Virus record (IMG/VR): IMGVR_UViG_3300020043_005951 | Location: 1 to 53,664 of that record | Direction: 5' to 3' (one strand) | Length of the DNA: 53,664 nt | Source of the DNA: a virus | Lineage: Duplodnaviria; Caudoviricetes | Part shown: piece by piece, positions 38,690-48,219 of the stretch | Layout of the letters: every line of letters starts with the position of its first letter | Numbering within the stretch: the first letter of the stretch is position 1 | Notes under the pieces: model-generated | Database searches by the model: none | The model's input: only the letters and a program-made list of their open reading frames with translations | Told to the model about the DNA's origin: nothing | Made by a program: the position numbers and the translations under genes

Positions 38690-40791
38690 TCCTTAATTTC
38701 AGAGAGGACGAGTTCGTAGGCTTGTTGCTTTGTGGGTGCGTAGTGCTTGATAAAGGTGTCTTTATCAAAGGTTGCAATGCACATGTATTGATGTTCGTGC
38801 ATATACATTTCAATTTCATAACCATCTTCAATGCGTGGTATGAATGTATAGTCTCTGAATACAGGTTCGATGTGTTCACTGTATTCAATTACTTTGTAGT
38901 CCATAGGACATGTAGGTATTGTTTGTTCTCCTGATTTTTCTGTTACTATGACTAAGTGCTTGTTGGTGATTTCTGAATGAGGATGACAAGGTATCTCGAT
39001 CTTCAATGAGTCATGTACCTGTTGGATCATCTCACAAGAAGGCGGACAAACAGGAGTTGGCGGGAAAGGCAGTTTGAATAACGGTGAGTTTGGTGGTAGT
39101 GGTTTTGGGAAGTCTGGGTGTACGTAGTCAGTAGGTGCATGGGGTCCATACAATGGGTTCTTATATACAGGGTCAACCGATAGTGCTTGCATCATGTTTT
39201 GAACCATATGACCAGCAGTTCCTTGAATACGTGCAGACAAAACGGTGTAGGTCTTATCAAGCGGTACTTCAAGTTTATAACCAGTCCTAGTGAACATAGT
39301 TGGGTAATTGAAATGCTGTACGTTGTTTGAGCATACAGCGTCTAAATCTCTGAAGTATTGACCAATCTCAGGACACTTCTCGTCAATAATTGCACATGAA
39401 TTAGGTACTCCGTATGTTTCTTCTACCTTACGAATACCACCACCATTAAGACGAGTAAATGTGCCACCCTTACATCGAGTGTACATCTTGGTTTCTTTGA
39501 ATTCCGTCTCACCTAACTTAGCAATCATTTCAGGATAAAGAGCATGAGCAATAATCATGTGAACAGAATCACCACGTTCAAATGATTCAATCAATGATTT
39601 GGCACCAACGTCATAAGCCCATATACGTAGTTCTATGTTTACTACGTCCATGTAGAGCCAGTAGTAACCCTTAGGTGGACCGAATATGAAGTCCAATTTC
39701 TTATTGAAGTTCTGCTGGTTAGGGTCACTTGAAGACAGTCTAGTCCATTTAGTACCTGTTAAGTTAAGGGTAGAATGAATACGACCAGACGCCATATGTA
39801 ATTTGTAGGCTTTGATGTCCGTTAGTACTTTAGTTACTTTACGCCAACCCTTCAAGTAGCGTATTGTGTCTATGTTGTCATATTTCTTCTCCAACTTAAT
39901 GAGTGTGCCAGCATCAGTAGAAGGTTGACCACCATCAGTATAACCTAATACTTCAAGTTTAAGGATATGATACAGGAGTAGCTTTAAGTCATCGGGTTTA
40001 GCAGGATCAATGTTGTATGGACAATTAGATGATGCTTTAATAAGTTCAACGAGTTGATATTGTTGTAGTTCAAATTCAGCAATGAGTCGATCAACAATAC
40101 CTACATACAAATTGATACCAACAGTTTGCATCCGATACAGAATAGGTAAAGTACGAAGTCGAGATAGGTATTGTTGATATAGATTATTCTGATGTAAGTA
40201 AGATGTATATGTCTTATGAAGCAGAATCGTTAATTCAACGTCATTAGTACCATACTTCTTGCATGAATCAAGAGCTAGCCACATGTCCTGTTTCCAGCTA
40301 GTCTTAGTTGCAGCAGGAAAATGAGGATGACCTACCTTAGCTACAGCAATATTGGTTGGGTTATTGTAGCTTAATTGACCACGAATACTTGCTACTTCTT
40401 TTTCAACCTCTCTTTCAGGATCATTGAAGATGCCATGATACTTAATTGCACATTCTTTCAAACCGTGCACATCACCAGAACATACAAGGTGAGAAGCAAC
40501 TAAGGTATCATGCAGCTTAACAGTAGGTGGAATATAAATACCAATTGTCTCTAACATACGAATGTCGAAATTCCTGTTCTGAAATACAATCTCAGAACAG
40601 GAATTGATAAACAACTGTAATGATAATAATTCAGCAGCTTCCCAAACTACATCACGTGTTTGTGGATTGACAGTTCCCTCCCAAAGGTAGTTGTGTTTGC
40701 CATTACATGCAGTAACCAAATAGGGTTTGCATCCGTGAAAGGCATCAGTTCCAGTGGATTCAACGTCAATTGCTGCTAAAGGTATTTTCAT
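38677..40791 (-). CDS. DNA polymerase, family A, with 3'-5' exonuclease
   Basis: IDVESTG (ExoI), N..FD, RLSSSDPNQQN, motif A DVVNIELR, motif B K...F...NGGG, IQGTAG, motif C QVHDS. Confidence 0.92.
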   Translation of the reverse strand: MKIPLAAIDVESTGTDAFHGCKPYLVTACNGKHNYLWEGTVNPQTRDVVWEAAELLSLQLFINSCSEIVFQNRNFDIRMLETIGIYIPPTVKLHDTLVASHLVCSGDVHGLKECAIKYHGIFNDPEREVEKEVASIRGQLSYNNPTNIAVAKVGHPHFPAATKTSWKQDMWLALDSCKKYGTNDVELTILLHKTYTSYLHQNNLYQQYLSRLRTLPILYRMQTVGINLYVGIVDRLIAEFELQQYQLVELIKASSNCPYNIDPAKPDDLKLLLYHILKLEVLGYTDGGQPSTDAGTLIKLEKKYDNIDTIRYLKGWRKVTKVLTDIKAYKLHMASGRIHSTLNLTGTKWTRLSSSDPNQQNFNKKLDFIFGPPKGYYWLYMDVVNIELRIWAYDVGAKSLIESFERGDSVHMIIAHALYPEMIAKLGETEFKETKMYTRCKGGTFTRLNGGGIRKVEETYGVPNSCAIIDEKCPEIGQYFRDLDAVCSNNVQHFNYPTMFTRTGYKLEVPLDKTYTVLSARIQGTAGHMVQNMMQALSVDPVYKNPLYGPHAPTDYVHPDFPKPLPPNSPLFKLPFPPTPVCPPSCEMIQQVHDSLKIEIPCHPHSEITNKHLVIVTEKSGEQTIPTCPMDYKVIEYSEHIEPVFRDYTFIPRIEDGYEIEMYMHEHQYMCIATFDKDTFIKHYAPTKQQAYELVLSEIKECPF

Positions 40792-41138
40792 TGCTTGTCG
40801 ATTCGTTCTTGTGCTGCTTTGTCAGAGTAACCGTCTTGGTATCGCTTGGATAACTTTGCAATGTTATGTGCAAGAATTTCATCGCGACTCAAACCGAGTA
40901 TCTGACGTAAACCTTCGGCATAGAAATCAAGATCACCTAGTTCTTCGATGATATTTTCTACATCAAGAGGTTTGTTGTAGATTGTGTGTTTTTTAATTGC
41001 ATCAAGAAGTTCTCCCGCTTCTCCTACGATACCCATAACCATATGGATTAAATCGGCTTTGCTAGGAGTCATGTCCAAAAGAATTAGTTCTGGTTTCTTC
41101 TTTAGGTTACGAACCAATTCGCTATGCTGCACGCTCAT
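40788..41138 (-). CDS. MazG-like nucleotide pyrophosphohydrolase
   Basis: GIVGEAGELLDAIKK...EELGDL..Y...NIAKLSKRY. Confidence 0.9.
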   Translation of the reverse strand: MSVQHSELVRNLKKKPELILLDMTPSKADLIHMVMGIVGEAGELLDAIKKHTIYNKPLDVENIIEELGDLDFYAEGLRQILGLSRDEILAHNIAKLSKRYQDGYSDKAAQERIDKQ

Positions 41139-41142
41139 TTTC

Positions 41143-41346
41143 TTACTTTCTGGGGGGAGGGATAGGATACTTGTAGTTAATGCGGTTGATAATGAGTTTT
41201 ACTACTGTTATACTGACTCCGAATTGTTGAGATAATGCTTTGTATGAAGTCTTGGTAGTTGCATAGATATGACGCATTTCTTCAGCTTGTTCGAAGGTCA
41301 GCTTGCGATGTGACCAGTTCCAAGAGTTGTTCATGCATTCTTCCAT
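41143..41346 (-). CDS. small HTH protein
   Basis: KLT..QAEEMR..Y....SYKALSQQFGVS. Confidence 0.6.
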   Translation of the reverse strand: MEECMNNSWNWSHRKLTFEQAEEMRHIYATTKTSYKALSQQFGVSITVVKLIINRINYKYPIPPPRK

Positions 41347-41572
41347 TCAGTAGGGTTGATTTCGAAGTGTTCTTCTTCAGTGTCTTTGCACCAAAGATAA
41401 CGAGTTGGTTTCAGTGTCTTTGGATCAGTGATTGCTCGAAGAATAAAGACACGATTGGTTGGTATGTGGATGAATTTGGTTCCGAGTTTTAGCTGTTGTC
41501 TATCTTTAGTTGCTTGTAAAGACTTGAAGGTAGTTAATAGTTCGTCAACGGTGCATGTTTCTGCAGGTTGTT

Positions 41573-42172
41573 TTATATGTCGGGATTTGGTTGCTTTTCT
41601 GGCATTAGTGCGTGGCAATTTTCAAGCCTTTCTAATTCGAGTTGAGTTACACAAAACCAAGCTACTTTAGCTAAGTGAGCTTCTGATCGATCACCTTCTT
41701 TCCATTTAATAAGATGAAGCATTGCATGTTCAAGACGTTCTTCTTGATACTGAGGGTCTTTGACACCTTTCTTCCAATTGTCTCTACCATAACGTAAACC
41801 TTCAATGAAGATTTTACCAATAGCAAGAATTGAATACCAAGGTATAAGTATAAGACCTGTACCTACAATGTCTGATTTGGCTCGTTCAGCAGTAGTTGGT
41901 ACTTCTGCTTTGCCCGCATTGATTGCCTGAATGCGTTTGGCTTGTTCAATAACTTCATCTGGAAGCGTCGGCGGAGTTGGTGTTTCATATTCACTGACTA
42001 GATCAAGACCGCAAACTTCACCTTCATCGAGTATGTCGAATTCACCGTTCTTTGTATATGTTTCACCGGAAGTTGGATCAATAAATGGGAAGTCTCTGTT
42101 CGTGTGTTTACCCAATGGTCCTGTTACTTCTCCGTCACGACGTACATAGCGTTTACCGTATTCAAGTTTCAT
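41573..42172 (-). CDS. dATP/dGTP diphosphohydrolase-domain (DUF5664-like) protein
   Basis: LIP...G..RYGRDNWKKG...HAMLHL..W.EG...HLA. Confidence 0.75.
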   Translation of the reverse strand: MKLEYGKRYVRRDGEVTGPLGKHTNRDFPFIDPTSGETYTKNGEFDILDEGEVCGLDLVSEYETPTPPTLPDEVIEQAKRIQAINAGKAEVPTTAERAKSDIVGTGLILIPWYSILAIGKIFIEGLRYGRDNWKKGVKDPQYQEERLEHAMLHLIKWKEGDRSEAHLAKVAWFCVTQLELERLENCHALMPEKQPNPDI

Positions 42173-42206
42173 AAGAGGCTTTCTAAAAAGAGGGATTGGT
42201 TGTTAG

Positions 42207-42310
42207 AGGACCAGGTAGGATTCGAACCTACTTGGCGACACACTGAAATAATTAGGTTCAGATATAAAACGTAATTATCAGGAGTTGCGTTTCCCACACG
42301 CCGCTGATCC
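42207..42310 (-). ncRNA. tRNA-like RNA with enlarged anticodon arm
   Basis: Acceptor GGATCAG/CTGGTCC, D arm GCGT-GTGGGAA-ACGC, T arm GTAGG-TTCGAAT-CCTAC. About 55 nt lie between the D and T arms. Confidence 0.7.
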
Positions 42311-42768
42311 GTTTTGTGGGCTTTGACGTATCCCACATAAAAGGCGCCCTTATGTTCGGCCCTTACGCTCTCCCTCAACTGTTTACAACGGGGAGAAGTG
42401 TTGTACCCCTAATTTGCATCAGGTAGGCTCTAGTCTTCCCACCCACCCAACCGACTAGAGGTCATCATCGTCGTCTACGTCTTCGTCATCGAGGATAAGG
42501 CATCACCACCCTTCAAGAATCACTAGAGGAAGTCAAGAAACAGGTTGTCGACTCAGGACTGGTACTCATCGAATGGTCAATCAACTAGATGACACAACCC
42601 ATTTGGTTCAAATTGCCGAGTTACCGTTATCGGCTACCTGTTTAAGGAACTACAAATAAGTAGTATACGTTCCACCAATAGTATACTAGTATTGCTCTTT
42701 GCCCATACGAGTCAGACGGGCCGTGTTAAAACAAACTTATTCATGCGTACAGTATTTGTATGTATCCG

Positions 42769-43467
42769 TTACGCCTTTACGACGTTGGACACTGGGACTG
42801 GCATGACTTGTCCGTTGGCAAACTTGACGTTTACCATGTCGTTTGGAAGTCCGACTTCGACAACGGTACAAGGATTGCCTGCAACTGTTACCTGATCGTT
42901 GACAGTCAAGGTTACCGCTGGTTTGGTTGTTTCCAAATCAGCAAGAGTAGGCAGCTTTGCTCCACCTGCACCACGTGCTTTGAATTCACGTTCAGTAGCA
43001 GGATTCTGCCAGTGAGGTACGACTTCGTAGTTGAAGGTACGTGTCTCACCAAATGCCCACTTGGCGATTTCCTGCAACGGCTTACCACGAAGCTCCTTCG
43101 GCATACCCATGTCTTCCAAAGTGTCATACAAGCGTTGGTACTTGTTGGCGACAGTTTGGGTTCCAGAAGCATGTAGGGTGAAGTATAAGGACACCTTCTG
43201 TCCCACATAGTTCTCAGGACTGTCGATCAAGCACGAAATGGTAATCATAGGATGACCACCTGTCTGTTGCTTGGTCTTCGGATCAGTCTTGATCTTCGAC
43301 TTTCCGGCTTCCATACCAAGAATTGAAGCCTTTCCTACAGTTCCTACTGGCATGGGAATTCCCATAACCATCTTTTCCGCTTGGCCAGCTTCTGCTGCTG
43401 CATTTGCTGTTTCGGCTTCATAAACAGCAAAATCGTCGGATACCTTGAACTTTTCCATCTTAAACAC
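42769..43467 (-). CDS. putative ssDNA-binding protein
   Basis: OB-fold-like pattern directly downstream of AAA_24 and exonuclease, a typical recombination triad. Confidence 0.45.
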   Translation of the reverse strand: MFKMEKFKVSDDFAVYEAETANAAAEAGQAEKMVMGIPMPVGTVGKASILGMEAGKSKIKTDPKTKQQTGGHPMITISCLIDSPENYVGQKVSLYFTLHASGTQTVANKYQRLYDTLEDMGMPKELRGKPLQEIAKWAFGETRTFNYEVVPHWQNPATEREFKARGAGGAKLPTLADLETTKPAVTLTVNDQVTVAGNPCTVVEVGLPNDMVNVKFANGQVMPVPVSNVVKA

Positions 43468-43536
43468 CTTTTCTAGTCAAGTGATTGAAAGCAACTAATA
43501 TAGACTAGAAATATATCAGTTACGAAATTGGTCGAA

Positions 43537-44313
43537 TTAAACCAGGTTCTTTCGAATTGGTTCTGGGAGTGCGTTGTAAAAGTTGGTGTAACCTTCAATG
43601 GCTGACTTACCCATTGGAATTACTGGGGGAAGGTGTAGGGTGTTCTTGGCTATGTGATAGCCAGAGAATGAAGTGTACATCAAACGAGTAGGAGCACCAG
43701 TTGATTTGCCTTCCAAGACTTTGGTATCTTGTCCGTATCCAGCTGACTGTGTAACAATGTCGATGTTACGTTTACCAGACATAAATAGGATTGCTTGTGC
43801 CCATTTACGAAGTGGTCCGGTGATACCTTCATCACCAAATAGGGTTTGTACTTGAACATCAGCACCACCAGTATCAGGATCAACATCATTCTTGCGGTGA
43901 GCACAAAAGACGATGTTAAGACCTTGAGCACGTTTGAATTCAATAATGTCAAGGAACATCGACATTTCACGTGGACAGTCTTGACGTAATCCATTGTAGA
44001 ATGACTTGAAGGCTTTGAAATTGCCGTCATAACAAGTCTGTACTACATAAGGAATGAGGTACTCTTGTAGACCACTGATGGAGTCAATTACAAGAGTTTT
44101 AGCTTGACAGGCTTTGACTGCAACTAATACGTCTTCCCAATTAGCACAATTGAGTCTAGTACAACCTGCTGGTACTTCACCTACCATTTCTAAGTTGTCG
44201 AAGCCCGGTTCTTTGATTGGTAAGATGTGAAGTGGTTTTGGAAATTGAAGTGAGAAGGAAGTCTTCCCAATCCCTTCAATTCCAAAAAGAATGATTCCGA
44301 GTCCTCTAGGCAT
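43537..44313 (-). CDS. AAA_24 (Sak4-like) ATPase
   Basis: G.EGIGKTS, TLVIDSIS, AH, and AKN..LP..I. Confidence 0.85.
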   Translation of the reverse strand: MPRGLGIILFGIEGIGKTSFSLQFPKPLHILPIKEPGFDNLEMVGEVPAGCTRLNCANWEDVLVAVKACQAKTLVIDSISGLQEYLIPYVVQTCYDGNFKAFKSFYNGLRQDCPREMSMFLDIIEFKRAQGLNIVFCAHRKNDVDPDTGGADVQVQTLFGDEGITGPLRKWAQAILFMSGKRNIDIVTQSAGYGQDTKVLEGKSTGAPTRLMYTSFSGYHIAKNTLHLPPVIPMGKSAIEGYTNFYNALPEPIRKNLV

Positions 44314-44524
44314 TCAAGCGTCTCCGTTGATACAAGTGGTAGTCTAAGTGGGTTGGTAATGCTTCTTGCAGTATTTCTGCAAATGGTACTTCGTTGCGAT
44401 GGTCAATAGACGTTATGATTTCGGTTTCCGCTGCTTTAAGACCATCACCAGAATATTCAAAACGCACAATGGTTGTAAGCGTAATGCAGCGTATGTCTCC
44501 ATCATCTGGTTCCCATTCTTTCAT
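44306..44524 (-). CDS. hypothetical protein
   Basis: 72-aa ORF with AAGGA RBS. Confidence 0.5.
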   Translation of the reverse strand: MKEWEPDDGDIRCITLTTIVRFEYSGDGLKAAETEIITSIDHRNEVPFAEILQEALPTHLDYHLYQRRRLNA

Positions 44525-44758
44525 TTTGTTTCCTTAATTAAAGACCAATAGCATCTGCAATTAGTTGTCGATCTGTCATAGATTCGAGTCGTTCAATTCG
44601 TTTACGTCGAATTTGCTCTGCAAATAAAGCATTAAGAGTTTCCATAGAAACTCTCATTTCGCCAGCGTCGTGAACATCATGTCGGACAATTATTACATCA
44701 CCATTGAAGTCACCGTTGAAATGGAACCTTGTGAACTCGTTACCATCAATTGTATGCA

Positions 44759-45952
44759 TTATTTGGTTTCCAATTCCGAAAAGAAGGATTTTACTGGGAC
44801 TAGGGAATCGTAGTCGGCTTTGCCAATAAGTACAGCATGGTAAGAACATTCGTACTTAAAGGTGTGAGCAGGGTTGAAGGTGCGTATTGGTGCTCGGTAG
44901 AAAACCGAGTTGTACCAACAAGTTTCATTTGGATCAAAATCAGGAGAAGTTACAACGTGCCACCAATCAATCATTTGATAGATGATTGGTACAATTGTTT
45001 GTTCAACGTAGCGTAGATTTTCTTCCTTTGATTGAAAGAATGGAACTTGATTGAGCCACTTGCCGTAGCATGTTCGAATTGGGAATCCATTCATCACATC
45101 CTTATGAGTATTGAATATCCGATCCGTCCATTCCGCCGCCGTCTCTCCTGCTCTCTGGGGGGGAGTGCGAGGCTGATCCTCAGGCATAAGTATTAGATCA
45201 TATATCCAGTTCTCGATTGAATCAAACATGAAGGCATATAGGTTCATCTGCATGTCTTCACCTAGTTCCTTCTTGGTTGTTTCTGCGTCAGATGCGTTCT
45301 TACCTTTTGCTTTATGATCTCCAAGCATACGTAGGGGAAGTGTTAAGTCAGCAGTAACAATGTCTGCTTTGCCTTTAATACGAACAGATTCGACGTGAGG
45401 ATAAATGTAAGCTGATCGTTCAGAAAGGGTGAGTGGAGCAGGTGCTGATCGAAATGCTGAGCTATCAAGTAAAGGGGAGGCGTTTGAGGAAGAAGCGGAG
45501 TGAGCAAGAGTGTGGGTAAATAGGGCATGACGGATGGCGTGCATTGAAGCGAATCGGTATGATAGGAATTCTCTCATACTGTCGATGTGTACTTCAGTGT
45601 TTAGCTTGCCCCAAGGTTCAAAGACAGGTATTGCTTTCTCTTGGTAGAGTTTAAGCATTGCTTCAGTAGTGAACTTGAACGTGTTAGGAGCACGAGGATA
45701 GTTCTTGATTCGATACTCATCCATTTGTTTGAGTGAGTATTCAAGAGTATCCCCCTGTACTAAGTGTTCGAGTCCTTTGTGAAGTGTATCACCCCATGCA
45801 AGATTAGGACTGGGTGGTTTTGGGTCTTCCAATCCACAATAAGCATAGAGGTAGAATTGAAAAGGACAACGAATGAATCTTTGCATAATGGATTGAGTAA
45901 TTCCATCAACGAAGGGCCCTTTCCAAGCGGGTTTTTCAGGACGTGGGATCAT
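44759..45952 (-). CDS. PD-(D/E)XK exonuclease (Cas4/RecB-like)
   Basis: S....F.RCP, G..LHKGLE, E...KGKADIV...DHKA, Q...YA. Confidence 0.8.
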   Translation of the reverse strand: MIPRPEKPAWKGPFVDGITQSIMQRFIRCPFQFYLYAYCGLEDPKPPSPNLAWGDTLHKGLEHLVQGDTLEYSLKQMDEYRIKNYPRAPNTFKFTTEAMLKLYQEKAIPVFEPWGKLNTEVHIDSMREFLSYRFASMHAIRHALFTHTLAHSASSSNASPLLDSSAFRSAPAPLTLSERSAYIYPHVESVRIKGKADIVTADLTLPLRMLGDHKAKGKNASDAETTKKELGEDMQMNLYAFMFDSIENWIYDLILMPEDQPRTPPQRAGETAAEWTDRIFNTHKDVMNGFPIRTCYGKWLNQVPFFQSKEENLRYVEQTIVPIIYQMIDWWHVVTSPDFDPNETCWYNSVFYRAPIRTFNPAHTFKYECSYHAVLIGKADYDSLVPVKSFFSELETK

Positions 45953-46109
45953 TTAATATGTCCATATTTAAGTTTGAATCTTTCATCTAAATATCCAATC
46001 CACCATTGAGTTCGAAGCGGCTCTCCGATATCATAAGGACAGGATTGTTTGGAATGATATGCAAGCTGTCCTTGTTTGTAGGCCTGTGCTTCAATTGTTG
46101 TGAGTCTAT

Positions 46110-46589
46110 TCATTCGGTTGTTCCAGTGTCTGGAGCGTCAAGTTTTGAGTAGGCGTAGTTAGTGTATTTCGGATTGATAACACCATGTTTTTGGGTGTAG
46201 TCGATTGATTCGTCGGATAGGTGTACTAATGGGTCTTTGTTTTGGAGTTGTTGTTTTATTCGATACTGCAGATCGACGGCTCGTGCTAGGGCGAATCCTT
46301 GTGACGATCCCGTTGCTCCTTGGTTAGGTACAAGACCGTAACAGCCTGACATTCCCGTTCCGTCTTGGTTGGGTAGCAGTTTGTCGTCTTCGATGACTGC
46401 TTTGAGGGCTGCTTGGTGCTTGGCTGCTGTTTCACGTGCTCGTTTGCGTGCTAGTGCTGTTTTGCGGGCAATTACACGTTCTTGAGCTTTTTGGTAGGAG
46501 CCTTTGGAGTCGTCAGATTGTTTCTTAGCTTTCAGGTTGGTCATGAATGTACGTAGAATGGTTTTTCTGTCTTTAAGGACTTTACCCAT
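46110..46589 (-). CDS. hypothetical basic protein
   Basis: 159-aa K/R-rich ORF with GGAAGGA upstream. Confidence 0.5.
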   Translation of the reverse strand: MGKVLKDRKTILRTFMTNLKAKKQSDDSKGSYQKAQERVIARKTALARKRARETAAKHQAALKAVIEDDKLLPNQDGTGMSGCYGLVPNQGATGSSQGFALARAVDLQYRIKQQLQNKDPLVHLSDESIDYTQKHGVINPKYTNYAYSKLDAPDTGTTE

Positions 46590-47275
46590 AATTGGATCTT
46601 CCTTCCTTCTTCTCTGATTGGTTTAAGTTTGTAATTGAGTCGAGCTATGTAAGCAGGATGGTATAGTTGCAAAGTAGGTAACGTAGTCTTGATGAATTGT
46701 TTGTTGTATTCATCAGCGACTTCACCCAATAGGATTACTCCGTCGAATTTGTATGCTTGGAGGAGTTCTTGTGTATGTGACAAGCACAAGAATTGTTCTG
46801 AGGTTTCGGGTTTACGGTTAGTGAGACGATTGCTGATAGGGTCATTAGCAGTAGGGCGACAACAAACAGTGTTGGTGATTGTTGCCAGAAATCTTGTGCG
46901 TGAGTAATCAAGTACAGTACGTAAGATGTGACCAGCAACGCCGTAAAATGGTACACCGTGAAAGTCTTCTGATTCACCTGGAGCTTCTCCGATCATTAAG
47001 ATGTGTGGAGGTAGTTTGAGAAGGTTGAGAGAGTAAGGAATGAATGGTTGAGGGTATGGAGGATTTTCAAGGTACCGCCAGGCCAGCCGCTCATTTCCTG
47101 GGGAGAGAGGGAGTACCGGATGGATGTGTGGATGTATACCGGGTTGTGGCTTGAAGGGTTCTGTGTTGATTATCCACTGTCCTCTGACAACGACGTTGTT
47201 TCTTGTAGCGTGGAGTCTGCATTTGGTACAGTTTGACCAATCGGTACTGGGTGTATTTCTACAATTGTTTTCCAT
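46541..47275 (-). CDS. uracil-DNA glycosylase, family 4-like
   Basis: CTKCRL, IGEAPGESED..G.PF.G.AG, ITNTVCCRP, YHPAY. Confidence 0.9.
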   Translation of the reverse strand: MENNCRNTPSTDWSNCTKCRLHATRNNVVVRGQWIINTEPFKPQPGIHPHIHPVLPLSPGNERLAWRYLENPPYPQPFIPYSLNLLKLPPHILMIGEAPGESEDFHGVPFYGVAGHILRTVLDYSRTRFLATITNTVCCRPTANDPISNRLTNRKPETSEQFLCLSHTQELLQAYKFDGVILLGEVADEYNKQFIKTTLPTLQLYHPAYIARLNYKLKPIREEGRKIQLWVKSLKTEKPFYVHS

Positions 47276-47529
47276 ATTGCTTGATACTGATAGGTGGTAC
47301 CGTCTTTCTCAAAGGATAGTCCGGAGAGGATGGTGGATAATGCACAGGGCGTAATACGTAAATCGCCAGTTAAGTAGCGAGATAGTAATGCCTTATTCAT
47401 TCCAATTACGTTTGAGAAAGAGGCGTGACTGAGTTTTGTACACTTGTAGATGAGAGCTTTGAGAAAGTCACCTTGCTTTAAGTCAAGATGAACAGCTTCC
47501 TCTGTTGAAATTATACGCAGCTTGTCCAT
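47170..47529 (-). CDS. HTH-containing protein
   Basis: LSHASFSNVIGMNKALLSRYLTG is XRE-like. Confidence 0.5.
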   Translation of the reverse strand: MDKLRIISTEEAVHLDLKQGDFLKALIYKCTKLSHASFSNVIGMNKALLSRYLTGDLRITPCALSTILSGLSFEKDGTTYQYQAIWKTIVEIHPVPIGQTVPNADSTLQETTSLSEDSG

Positions 47530-47882
47530 TATAATCCTAGCATGGTTTTTACCAGATTGATTGTTTGATGATGATTCTCAAGTTTTAAGTCCTTTGCCAT
47601 GAGATAGATGATTTTCCAATTCAACAGTAATGCTTGGTTGTGTTTAGCATAGTCATTAGTCATACCGACTAATGAGTTATGTCCTGGTCCAAACCCTTGA
47701 ATCTCTACAGCAACCTTTTGGAGAGGCCAACAGAAATCGAAACGCCAATTACGTGTTGGGTGAAAGATATGCTGTAGAGTAGGGGTAGGTAGACGATAGT
47801 TGAAAGTCATACGAAGAAATTCTGCTTCTAAGTCTGACTCAGTTGCTGGTTGGGTTTTGGGCAGCCGGGCCCGTTTTTTCAT
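47529..47882 (-). CDS. Vsr/DUF559-like endonuclease (possible resolvase)
   Basis: FHPTRNWRFDFCWP..KVAVEIQG...D..KHN.A...W. Confidence 0.85.
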   Translation of the reverse strand: MKKRARLPKTQPATESDLEAEFLRMTFNYRLPTPTLQHIFHPTRNWRFDFCWPLQKVAVEIQGFGPGHNSLVGMTNDYAKHNQALLLNWKIIYLMAKDLKLENHHQTINLVKTMLGL

Positions 47883-48219
47883 ATTAGATCCTCTAAGTCG
47901 AGCCGAATAGTCCGTAGTCTAGCTATTTTGCGTTTCAACTCCTTTATTAAATCATCGCTAGCATCTGGATCACAACCAGGTCCGTGTTCTTTTGACTTGA
48001 GTCTGCTTGTTAGCTTGATGATTTCTTCTGTGATTAGTTTAATTATTTCATTCATGATTGGTTTTCCTTAGTGATCTCTTATATGTTGGTCAGCAAAGTC
48101 TTCATCACGCAGTGCATCAGCATAGCCTTCGAAGTAGGCTGTTGCTTTTCCAAATTGAAGGCCAGTTACGAAGCCTACAGTAAGGATCAGGAAGCAGCAA
48201 AAGATGATGATGATTGTGG

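Noticed and set aside
40788-42172. Z-base or deazaguanine DNA modification pathway
   Set aside because: No PurZ, DatZ, DpdA, FolE or QueC/D/E homolog was recognised. Pyrophosphatases alone are insufficient.
42169-42378. 69-aa ORF
   Set aside because: It overlaps the tRNA-like element completely and has a weak start and no protein features.
44759-45952. Cas4-like nuclease as part of a CRISPR system
   Set aside because: No repeat-spacer array or other cas genes. The AAA_24 and SSB-like neighbours indicate a standard phage recombination module.
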